From the NCBI RefSeq assembly GCF_009914755.1, contig NC_060932.1: a stretch of DNA of 64,000 bases, one strand, 5' to 3'. The notes under the pieces are model-generated. The model saw only the letters and a program-made list of their open reading frames with translations. It was not told the DNA's origin and ran no database searches. Below are positions 11,501 to 24,000 of the stretch, piece after piece (the first letter of the stretch is position 1; each line of letters opens with the position of its first letter). Both the position numbers and the translations under genes were made by a program. The DNA comes from the human T2T-CHM13v2.0 reference genome, Homo sapiens.

Positions 11501-14500
11501 TTCCGTTTCATAGAGCAGGTTGGAAACACACTTTTTGTAGTATCTGGAAGTGGACATTTGGAGGGCTTTGTAGCCTATCTGGAAAAAGGAAATATCTTCC
11601 CATGAATGCGAGATAGATGTAATCTCAGAAACATGTTTATGCTGTATCTACTCAACTAACTGTGCTGAACATTTCTATTGATAGAGCAGTTTTGAGACAC
11701 TCTTCTTTTGGAATCTGCAAGTGGATATTTGGATAGATTTGAGGATTTCGTTGGAAACGGGATTATATATAAAAAGTAGACAGCAGCATTCTCAGAAACT
11801 TCTTTGTGATGTTTGCATCCAGCTCTCAGAGTTGAACATTCCCTTTCATAGAGTAGGTTTGAAACCCTCTTTTTATAGTGTCTGGAAGCGGGCATTTGGA
11901 GCGCTTTCAGGCCTATGCTGAAAAAGGAAATATCTACCTATAGAAACTAGACAGAAGCATTCTGAGAATCACGTTTGTGATGTGGGTACTCAACTAACAG
12001 TGTTGATCCATTCTTTTGATACAGCAGTTTTGAACCACACTTTTTGTAGAATCTGCAAGTGGATATTTGGATAGCTGTGAGGATTTCGTTGGAAACGGGA
12101 ATGTCTTCATAGAAAATTTAGACAGAAGCATTCTCAGAACCTTGATTGTGATATGTGTTCTCCACTAACAGAGTTGAACCTTTCTTTTGACAGAACTGTT
12201 CTGAAACATTCTTTTTATAGAATCTGGAAGTGGATATTTGGAAAGCTTTGAGGATTTCGTTGGAAACGGGAATATCTTCAAATCAAATCTAGCCAGAAGC
12301 ATTCTAAGAAACAGCTTAGGGATGTTTACATTCAAGTCACAGAGTTGAACATTCCCTTTCACAGAGCAGGTTTGAAACAATCTTCTCGTACTATCTGGCA
12401 GTGGACATTTTGAGCTCCTTGGGGCCTATGCTGAAAAAGGAAATATCTTCCGACAAAAACTAGACAGAAGCATTCGCAGAATCACGTTTGTGATGTGTGC
12501 ACTCAACTGTCAGAATTGAACCTTGGTTTGGAGAGAGCACTCTTGAAACACTCTTTTTGTAGAATCTGCAGGTGGATATTTGGCTAGGTTTGAGGATTTC
12601 GTTGGAAACGGTAATGTCTTCAAAGAAAATCTAGACAGAAGCATTCTCAGAAACACCTTCGTGATGTTTGCAATCAAGTCACAGAGTTGAACCTTCCGTT
12701 TCATAGAGCAGGTTGGAAACACTCTTTTTGTAGTATCTGGAAGTGGACATTTGGAGTGCTTTCAGGCCTATGGTGAAAAAGGAAATATCTTCCCATAAAA
12801 ACGACATAGAAGCTATCTCAGGAACTTGTTTATGATGCATCTAATCAACTAACAGTGTTGAACCTTTGTACTGACAGAGCAGTTTGAAACACTCTTTTTT
12901 TGGAATCTGCAAGTGGATATTTGGATCGCTTTGAGGATTTCGTTGGAAACGGGATGCAATATAAAACGTACACAGCAGCATACTCAGAAAATACTTTGCC
13001 ATATTTCCATTCAAGTCACAGAGTGGAACATTCCCATTCATAGAGCAGGTTGGAAACACTCTTTTTGGAGTATCTGGAAGTGGACATTTGGAGCGCTTTC
13101 TGAACTATGGTGAAAAAGGAAATATCTTCCAATGAAAACAAGACAGAAGCATTCTGAGAAACTTATTTGTGATGTGTGTCCTCAACAAACGGACTTGAAC
13201 CTTTCGTTTCATGCAGTACTTCTGGAACACTCTTTTTGAAGATTCTGCATGCGGATATTTGGATAGCTTTGAGGATTTCGTTGGAAACGGGCTTACATGT
13301 AAAAATTAGACAGCAGCATTCTCAGAAACTTCTTTGTGGTGTCTGCATTCAAGTCACAGAATTGAACATCCCCTCACATAGAGCAGTTGTGCAGCACTCT
13401 ATTTGTAGTATCTGGAAGTGGACATTTGGAGGGCTTTGTAGCCTATCTGGAAAAAGGAAATATCTTCCCATGAATGCGAGATAGAAGTAATCTCAGAAAC
13501 ATGTTTATGCTGTATCTACTCAACTAACTGTGCTGAACATTTCTATTGATAGAGCAGTTTTGAGACAGTCTTCTTTTGGAATCTGCAAGTGGATATTTGG
13601 ATAGATTTGAGGATTTCGTTGGAAACGGGATTATATATAAAAAGTAGACAGCAGCATTCTCAGAAACTTCTTTGTGATGTTTGCATCCAGCTCTCAGAGT
13701 TGAACATTCCCTTTCATAGAGTAGGTTTGAAACCCTCTTTTTATAGTGTCCGGAAGCGGGCATTTGGAGCGCTTTCAGGCCTATGCTGAAAAAGGAAATA
13801 TCTACATATAGAAACTAGACAGAAGCATTCTGAGAATCACGTTTGTGATGTGGGTACTCAACTAACAGTGTTGATCCATTCTTTTGATACAGCAGTTTTG
13901 AACCACACTTTTTGTAGAATCTGCAAGTGGATATTTGGATAGCTGTGAGGATTTCGTTGGAAACGGGAATGTCTTCATAGAAAATTTAGACAGAAGCATT
14001 CTCAGAACCTTGATTGTGATGTGTGTTCTCCACTAACAGAGTTGAACCTTTCTTTTGACAGAACTGTTCTGAAACATTCTTTTTATAGAATCTGGAAGTG
14101 GATATTTGGAAAGCTTTGAGGATTTCGTTGGAAACGGGAATATCTTCAAATAAAATCTAGCCAGAAGCATTCTAAGAAACATCTTAGGGATGTTTACATT
14201 CAAGTCACAGAGTTGAACATTCCCTTTCACAGAGCAGGTTTGAAACAATCTTCTCGTACTATCTGGCAGTGGACATTTTGAGCTCTTTGGGGCCTATGCT
14301 GAAAAAGGAAATATCTTCCGACAAAAACTAGTCAGAAGCATTCGCAGAATCACGTTTGTGATGTGTGCACTCAACTGTCAGAATTGAACCTTGGTTTGGA
14401 GGGAGCACTTTTGAAACACACTTTTTGTAGAATCTGCAGGTGGATATTTGGCTAGCTTTGAGGATTTCGTTGGAAACGGTAATGTCTTCAAAGAAAATCT

Positions 14501-17500
14501 AGACAGAAGCATTCTCAGAAACACCTTCGTGATGTTTGCAATCAAGTCACAGAGTTGAACCTTCCGTTTCATAGAGCAGGTTGGAAACACACTTTTTGTA
14601 GTATCTGGAAGTGGACATTTGGAGGGCTTTGTAGCCTATCTGGAAAAAGGAAATATCTTCCCATGAATGCGAGATAGATGTAATCTCAGAAACATGTTTA
14701 TGCTGTATCTACTCAACTAACTGTGCTGAACATTTCTATTGATAGAGCAGTTTTGAGACACTCTTCTTTTGGAATCTGCAAGTGGATATTTGGATAGATT
14801 TGAGGATTTCGTTGGAAACGGGATTATATATAAAAAGTAGACAGCAGCATTCTCAGAAACTTCTTTGTGATGTTTGCATCCAGCTCTCAGAGTTGAACAT
14901 TCCCTTTCATAGAGTAGGTTTGAAACCCTCTTTTTATAGTGTCTGGAAGCGGGCATTTGGAGCGCTTTCAGGCCTATGCTGAAAAAGGAAATATCTACCT
15001 ATAGAAACTAGACAGAAGCATTCTGAGAATCACGTTTGTGATGTGGGTACTCAACTAACAGTGTTGATCCATTCTTTTGATACAGCAGTTTTGAACCACA
15101 CTTTTTGTAGAATCTGCAAGTGGATATTTGGATAGCTGTGAGGATTTCGTTGGAAACGGGAATGTCTTCATAGAAAATTTAGACAGAAGCATTCTCAGAA
15201 CCTTGATTGTGATGTGTGTTCTCCACTAACAGAGTTGAACCTTTCTTTTGACAGAACTGTTCTGAAACATTCTTTTTATAGAATCTGGAAGTGGATATTT
15301 GGAAAGCTTTGAGGATTTCGTTGGAAACGGGAATATCTTCAAATCAAATCTAGCCAGAAGCATTCTAAGAAACAGCTTAGGGATGTTTACATTCAAGTCA
15401 CAGAGTTGAACATTCCCTTTCACAGAGCAGGTTTGAAACAATCTTCTCGTACTATCTGGCAGTGGACATTTTGAGCTCCTTGGGGCCTATGCTGAAAAAG
15501 GAAATATCTTCCGACAAAAACTAGACAGAAGCATTCGCAGAATCACGTTTGTGATGTGTGCACTCAACTGTCAGAATTGAACCTTGGTTTGGAGAGAGCA
15601 CTCTTGAAACACTCTTTTTGTAGAATCTGCAGGTGGATATTTGGCTAGCTTTGAGGATTTCGTTGGAAACGGTAATGTCTTCAAAGAAAATCTAGACAGA
15701 AGCATTCTCAGAAACACCTTCGTGATGTTTGCAATCAAGTCACAGAGTTGAACCTTCCGTTTCATAGAGCAGGTTGGAAACACTCTTTTTGTAGTATCTG
15801 GAAGTGGACATTTGGAGTGCTTTCAGGCCTATGGTGAAAAAGGAAATATCTTCCCATAAAAACGACATAGAAGCTATCTCAGGAACTTGTTTATGATGCA
15901 TCTAATCAACTAACAGTGTTGAACCTTTGTACTGACAGAGCAGTTTGAAACACTCTTTTTTTGGAATCTGCAAGTGGATATTTGGATCGCTTTGAGGATT
16001 TCGTTGGAAACGGGATGCAATATAAAAGGTACACAGCAGCATACTCAGAAAATACTTTGCCATATTTCCATTCAAGTCACAGAGTGGAACATTCCCATTC
16101 ATAGAGCAGGTTGGAAACACTCTTTTTGGAGTATCTGGAAGTGGACATTTGGAGCGCTTTCTGAACTATGGTGAAAAAGGAAATATCTTCCAATGAAAAC
16201 AAGACAGAAGCATTCTGAGAAACTTATTTGTGATGTGTGTCCTCAACAAACGGACTTGAACCTTTCGTTTCATGCAGTACTTCTGGAACACTCTTTTTGA
16301 AGATTCTGCATGCGGATATTTGGATAGCTTTGAGGATTTCGTTGGAAACGGGCTTACATGTAAAAATTAGACAGCAGCATTCTCAGAAACTTCTTTGTGG
16401 TGTCTGCATTCAAGTCACAGAATTGAACATCCCCTCACATAGAGCAGTTGTGCAGCACTCTATTTGTAGTATCTGGAAGTGGACATTTGGAGGGCTTTGT
16501 AGCCTATCTGGAAAAAGGAAATATCTTCCCATGAATGCGAGATAGAAGTAATCTCAGAAACATGTTTATGCTGTATCTACTCAACTAACTGTGCTGAACA
16601 TTTCTATTGATAGAGCAGTTTTGAGACACTCTTCTTTTGGAATCTGCAAGTGGATATTTGGATAGATTTGAGGATTTCGTTGGAAACGGGATTATATATA
16701 AAAAGTAGACAGCAGCATTCTCAGAAACTTCTTTGTGATGTTTGCATCCAGCTCTCAGAGTTGAACATTCCCTTTCATAGAGTAGGTTTGAAACCCTCTT
16801 TTTATAGTGTCCGGAAGCGGGCATTTGGAGCGCTTTCAGGCCTATGCTGAAAAAGGAAATATCTACATATAGAAACTAGACAGAAGCATTCTGAGAATCA
16901 AGTTTGTGATGTGGGTACTCAACTAACAGTGTTGATCCATTCTTTTGATACAGCAGTTTTGAACCACACTTTTTGTAGAATCTGCAAGTGGATATTTGGA
17001 TAGCTGTGAGGATTTCGTTGGAAACGGGAATGTCTTCATAGAAAATTTAGACAGAAGCATTCTCAGAACCTTGATTGTGATGTGTGTTCTCCACTAACAG
17101 AGTTGAACCTTTCTTTTGACAGAACTGTTCTGAAACATTCTTTTTATAGAATCTGGAAGTGGATATTTGGAAAGCTTTGAGGATTTCGTTGGAAACGGGA
17201 ATATCTTCAAATAAAATCTAGCCAGAAGCATTCTAAGAAACATCTTAGGGATGTTTACATTCAAGTCACAGAGTTGAACATTCCCTTTCACAGAGCAGGT
17301 TTGAAACAATCTTCTCGTACTATCTGGCAGTGGACATTTTGAGCTCTTTGGGGCCTATGCTGAAAAAGGAAATATCTTCCGACAAAAACTAGTCAGAAGC
17401 ATTCGCAGAATCACGTTTGTGATGTGTGCACTCAACTGTCAGAATTGAACCTTGGTTTGGAGGGAGCACTTTTGAAACACACTTTTTGTAGAATCTGCAG

Positions 17501-19710
17501 GTGGATATTTGGCTAGCTTTGAGGATTTCGTTGGAAACGGTAATGTCTTCAAAGAAAATCTAGACAGAAGCATTCTCAGAAACACCTTCGTGATGTTTGC
17601 AATCAAGTCACAGAGTTGAACCTTCCGTTTCATAGAGCAGGTTGGAAACACACTTTTTGTAGTATCTGGAAGTGGACATTTGGAGGGCTTTGTAGCCTAT
17701 CTGGAAAAAGGAAATATCTTCCCATGAATGCGAGATAGATGTAATCTCAGAAACATGTTTATGCTGTATCTACTCAACTAACTGTGCTGAACATTTCTAT
17801 TGATAGAGCAGTTTTGAGACACTCTTCTTTTGGAATCTGCAAGTGGATATTTGGATAGATTTGAGGATTTCGTTGGAAACGGGATTATATATAAAAAGTA
17901 GACAGCAGCATTCTCAGAAACTTCTTTGTGATGTTTGCATCCAGCTCTCAGAGTTGAACATTCCCTTTCATAGAGTAGGTTTGAAACCCTCTTTTTATAG
18001 TGTCTGGAAGCGGGCATTTGGAGCGCTTTCAGGCCTATGCTGAAAAAGGAAATATCTACCTATAGAAACTAGACAGAAGCATTCTGAGAATCACGTTTGT
18101 GATGTGGGTACTCAACTAACAGTGTTGATCCATTCTTTTGATACAGCAGTTTTGAACCACACTTTTTGTAGAATCTGCAAGTGGATATTTGGATAGCTGT
18201 GAGGATTTCGTTGGAAACGGGAATGTCTTCATAGAAAATTTAGACAGAAGCATTCTCAGAACCTTGATTGTGATGTGTGTTCTCCACTAACAGAGTTGAA
18301 GCTTTCTTTTGACAGAACTGTTCTGAAACATTCTTTTTATAGAATCTGGAAGTGGATATTTGGAAAGCTTTGAGGATTTCGTTGGAAACGGGAATATCTT
18401 CAAATCAAATCTAGCCAGAAGCATTCTAAGAAACAGCTTAGGGATGTTTACATTCAAGTCACAGAGTTGAACATTCCCTTTCACAGAGCAGGTTTGAAAC
18501 AATCTTCTCGTACTATCTGGCAGTGGACATTTTGAGCTCCTTGGGGCCTATGCTGAAAAAGGAAATATCTTCCGACAAAAACTAGACAGAAGCATTCGCA
18601 GAATCACGTTTGTGATGTGTGCACTCAACTGTCAGAATTGAACCTTGGTTTGGAGAGAGCACTCTTGAAACACTCTTTTTGTAGAATCTGCAGGTGGATA
18701 TTTGGCTAGGTTTGAGGATTTCGTTGGAAACGGTAATGTCTTCAAAGAAAATCTAGACAGAAGCATTCTCAGAAACACCTTCGTGATGTTTGCAATCAAG
18801 TCACAGAGTTGAACCTTCCGTTTCATAGAGCAGGTTGGAAACACTCTTTTTGTAGTATCTGGAAGTGGACATTTGGAGTGCTTTCAGGCCTATGGTGAAA
18901 AAGGAAATATCTTCCCATAAAAACGACATAGAAGCTATCTCAGGAACTTGTTTATGATGCATCTAATCAACTAACAGTGTTGAACCTTTGTACTGACAGA
19001 GCAGTTTGAAACACTCTTTTTTTGGAATCTGCAAGTGGATATTTGGATCGCTTTGAGGATTTCGTTGGAAACGGGATGCAATATAAAACGTACACAGCAG
19101 CATACTCAGAAAATACTTTGCCATATTTCCATTCAAGTCACAGAGTGGAACATTCCCATTCATAGAGCAGGTTGGAAACACTCTTTTTGGAGTATCTGGA
19201 AGTGGACATTTGGAGCGCTTTCTGAACTATGGTGAAAAAGGAAATATCTTCCAATGAAAACAAGACAGAAGCATTCTGAGAAACTTATTTGTGATGTGTG
19301 TCCTCAACAAACGGACTTGAACCTTTCGTTTCATGCAGTACTTCTGGAACACTCTTTTTGAAGATTCTGCATGCGGATATTTGGATAGCTTTGAGGATTT
19401 CGTTGGAAACGGGCTTACATGTAAAAATTAGACAGCAGCATTCTCAGAAACTTCTTTGTGGTGTCTGCATTCAAGTCACAGAATTGAACATCCCCTCACA
19501 TAGAGCAGTTGTGCAGCACTCTATTTGTAGTATCTGGAAGTGGACATTTGGAGGGCTTTGTAGCCTATCTGGAAAAAGGAAATATCTTCCCATGAATGCG
19601 AGATAGAAGTAATCTCAGAAACATGTTTATGCTGTATCTACTCAACTAACTGTGCTGAACATTTCTATTGATAGAGCAGTTTTGAGACACTCTTCTTTTG
19701 GAATCTGCAA
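4406..19710 (+). repeat. Five tandem (7-mer + 11-mer) composite units, 3061-bp period
   Basis: 7-mer starts at 4406, 7467, 10528, 13589 and 16650 are each exactly 3061 bp apart. Confidence 0.95.
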
Positions 19711-21066
19711 GTGGATATTTGGATAGATTTGAGGATTTCGTTGGAAACGGGATTATATATAAAAAGTAGACAGCAGCATTCTCAGAAACTTCTTTGTGAT
19801 GTTTGCATCCAGCTCTCAGAGTTGAACATTCCCTTTCATAGAGTAGGTTTGAAACCCTCTTTTTATAGTGTCTGGAAGCGGGCATTTGGAGCGCTTTCAG
19901 GCCTATGCTTAAAATAGGAAATATCTACCTACAGAAACTAGACAGAAGCATTCTGAGAATCACGTTTGTGATGTGGGTACTCAACTAACAGTGTTGATCC
20001 ATTCTTTTGATACAGCAGTTTTGAACCACACTTTTTGTAGAATCTGCAAGAGGATATTTGGATAGCTGTGAGGATTTCGTTGGAAACGGGAATGTCTTCA
20101 AAGAAAATCTAGACAGAAGCATTCTCAGAAACACCTTCGTGATGTTTGCAATCAAGTCACAGAGTTGAACCTTCCGTTTCATAGAGCAGGTTGGAAACAC
20201 TCTTATTGTAGTATCTGGAAGTGGACATTTGGAGCGCTTTCAGGCCTATGGTGAAAAAGGAAATATCTTCCCATAAAAACGACATAGAAGCTATCTCAGG
20301 AAATTGTTTATGATGCATCTAATCAACTAACAGTGTTGAACCTTTGTACTGACAGAGCACTTTGAAACACTCTTTTTTTGGAATCTGCAAGTGGATATTT
20401 GGATCGCTTTGAGGATTTCGTTGGAAACGGGATGCAATATAAAACGTACACAGCAGCATACTCAGAAAATACTTTGCCATATTTCCATTCAAGTCACAGA
20501 GTGGAACATTCCCATTCATAGAGCAGGTTGGAAACACTCTTTTTGGAGTATCTGGAAGTGGACATTTGGAGCGCTTTCTGAACTATGGTGAAAAAGGAAA
20601 TATCTTCCAATGAAAACAAGACAGAAGCATTCTGAGAAACTTATTTGTGATGTGTGTCCTCAACAAACGGACTTGAACCTTTCGTTTCATGCAGTACTTC
20701 TGGAACACTCTTTTTGAAGATTCTGCATGCGGATATTTGGATAGCTTTGAGGATTTCGTTGGAAACGGGCTTACATGTAAAAATTAGACAGCAGCATTCT
20801 CAGAAACTTCTTTGTGGTGTCTGCATTCAAGTCACAGAATTGAACTTCCCCTCACATAGAGCAGTTGTGCAGCACTCTATTTGTAGTATCTGGAAGTGGA
20901 CATTTGGAGGGCTTTGTAGCCTATCTGGAAAAAGGAAATATCTTCCCATGAATGCGAGATAGAAGTAATCTCAGAAACATGTTTATGCTGTATCTACTCA
21001 ACTAACTGTGCTGAACATTTCTATTGATAGAGCAGTTTTGAGACACTCTTCTTTTGGAATCTGCAA
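19711..21066 (+). repeat. Representative 8-mer HOR (1356 bp); copies start at 3051, 19711, 24128, 27352, 31769, 36186, 37542, 38898, 40254, 41610, 47220, 49769, 51125, 53674, 56003, 62806
   Basis: Equals the 11-mer minus 513 bp (3 monomers) plus a 1-bp gain (CTATGCTTAAAATAGG vs CTATGCTGAAAAAGG). Diagnostic variants: CCTACAG, CAAGAGG, CTCTTATTGT. Confidence 0.96.
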
Positions 21067-24000
21067 GTGGATATTTGGATAGATTTGAGGATTTCGTTGG
21101 AAACGGGATTATATATAAAAAGTAGACAGCAGCATTCTCAGAAACTTCTTTGTGATGTTTGCATCCAGCTCTCAGAGTTGAACATTCCCTTTCATAGAGT
21201 AGGTTTGAAACCCTCTTTTTATAGTGTCTGGAAGCGGGCATTTGGAGCGCTTTCAGGCCTATGCTGAAAAAGGAAATATCTACATATAGAAACTAGACAG
21301 AAGCATTCTGAGAATCAAGTTTGTGATGTGGGTACTCAACTAACAGTGTTGATCCATTCTTTTGATACAGCAGTTTTGAACCACACTTTTTGTAGAATCT
21401 GCAAGTGGATATTTGGATAGCTGTGAGGATTTCGTTGGAAACGGGAATGTCTTCATAGAAAATTTAGACAGAAGCATTCTCAGAACCTTGATTGTGATGT
21501 GTGTTCTCCACTAACAGAGTTGAACCTTTCTTTTGACAGAACTGTTCTGAAACATTCTTTTTATAGAATCTGGAAGTGGATATTTGGAAAGCTTTGAGGA
21601 TTTCGTTGGAAACGGGAATATCTTCAAATAAAATCTAGCCAGAAGCATTCTAAGAAACATCTTAGGGATGTTTACATTCAAGTCACAGAGTTGAACATTC
21701 CCTTTCACAGAGCAGGTTTGAAACAATCTTCTCGTACTATCTGGCAGTGGACATTTTGAGCTCTTTGGGGCCTATGCTGAAAAAGGAAATATCTTCCGAC
21801 AAAAACTAGTCAGAAGCATTCGCAGAATCACGTTTGTGATGTGTGCACTCAACTGTCAGAATTGAACCTTGGTTTGGAGAGAGCACTTTTGAAACACACT
21901 TTTTGTAGAATCTGCAGGTGGATATTTGGCTAGCTTTGAGGATTTCGTTGGAAACGGTAATGTCTTCAAAGAAAATCTAGACAGAAGCATTCTCAGAAAC
22001 ACCTTCGTGATGTTTGCAATCAAGTCACAGAGTTGAACCTTCCGTTTCATAGAGCAGGTTGGAAACACACTTTTTGTAGTATCTGGAAGTGGACATTTGG
22101 AGGGCTTTGTAGCCTATCTGGAAAAAGGAAATATCTTCCCATGAATGCGAGATAGATGTAATCTCAGAAACATGTTTATGCTGTATCTACTCAACTAACT
22201 GTGCTGAACATTTCTATTGATAGAGCAGTTTTGAGACACTCTTCTTTTGGAATCTGCAAGTGGATATTTGGATAGATTTGAGGATTTCGTTGGAAACGGG
22301 ATTATATATAAAAAGTAGACAGCAGCATTCTCAGAAACTTCTTTGTGATGTTTGCATCCAGCTCTCAGAGTTGAACATTCCCTTTCATAGAGTAGGTTTG
22401 AAACCCTCTTTTTATAGTGTCTGGAAGCGGGCATTTGGAGCGCTTTCAGGCCTATGCTGAAAAAGGAAATATCTACCTATAGAAACTAGACAGAAGCATT
22501 CTGAGAATCACGTTTGTGATGTGGGTACTCAACTAACAGTGTTGATCCATTCTTTTGATACAGCAGTTTTGAACCACACTTTTTGTAGAATCTGCAAGTG
22601 GATATTTGGATAGCTGTGAGGATTTCGTTGGAAACGGGAATGTCTTCATAGAAAATTTAGACAGAAGCATTCTCAGAACCTTGATTGTGATGTGTGTTCT
22701 CCACTAACAGAGTTGAACCTTTCTTTTGACAGAACTGTTCTGAAACATTCTTTTTATAGAATCTGGAAGTGGATATTTGGAAAGCTTTGAGGATTTCGTT
22801 GGAAACGGGAATATCTTCAAATCAAATCTAGCCAGAAGCATTCTAAGAAACAGCTTAGGGATGTTTACATTCAAGTCACAGAGTTGAACATTCCCTTTCA
22901 CAGAGCAGGTTTGAAACAATCTTCTCGTACTATCTGGCAGTGGACATTTTGAGCTCCTTGGGGCCTATGCTGAAAAAGGAAATATCTTCCGACAAAAACT
23001 AGACAGAAGCATTCGCAGAATCACGTTTGTGATGTGTGCACTCAACTGTCAGAATTGAACCTTGGTTTGGAGAGAGCACTCTTGAAACACTCTTTTTGTA
23101 GAATCTGCAGGTGGATATTTGGCTAGCTTTGAGGATTTCGTTGGAAACGGGAATGTCTTCAAAGAAAATCTAGACAGAAGCATTCTCAGAAACACCTTCG
23201 TGATGTTTGCAATCAAGTCACAGAGTTGAACCTTCCGTTTCATAGAGCAGGTTGGAAACACTCTTATTGTAGTATCTGGAAGTGGACATTTGGAGCGCTT
23301 TCAGGCCTATGGTGAAAAAGGAAATATCTTCCCATAAAAACGACATAGAAGCTATCTCAGGAACTTGTTTATGATGCATCTAATCAACTAACAGTGTTGA
23401 ACCTTTGTACTGACAGAGCACTTTGAAACACTCTTTTTTTGGAATCTGCAAGTGGATATTTGGATCGCTTTGAGGATTTCGTTGGAAACGGGATGCAATA
23501 TAAAACGTACACAGCAGCATACTCAGAAAATACTTTGCCATATTTCCATTCAAGTCACAGAGTGGAACATTCCCATTCATAGAGCAGGTTGGAAACACTC
23601 TTTTTGGAGTATCTGGAAGTGGACATTTGGAGCGCTTTCTGAACTATGGTGAAAAAGGAAATATCTTCCAATGAAAACAAGACAGAAGCATTCTGAGAAA
23701 CTTATTTGTGATGTGTGTCCTCAACAAACGGACTTGAACCTTTCGTTTCATGCAGTACTTCTGGAACACTCTTTTTGAAGATTCTGCATGCGGATATTTG
23801 GATAGCTTTGAGGATTTCGTTGGAAACGGGCTTACATGTAAAAATTAGACAGCAGCATTCTCAGAAACTTCTTTGTGGTGTCTGCATTCAAGTCACAGAA
23901 TTGAACATCCCCTCACATAGAGCAGTTGTGCAGCACTCTATTTGTAGTATCTGGAAGTGGACATTTGGAGGGCTTTGTAGCCTATCTGGAAAAAGGAAAT

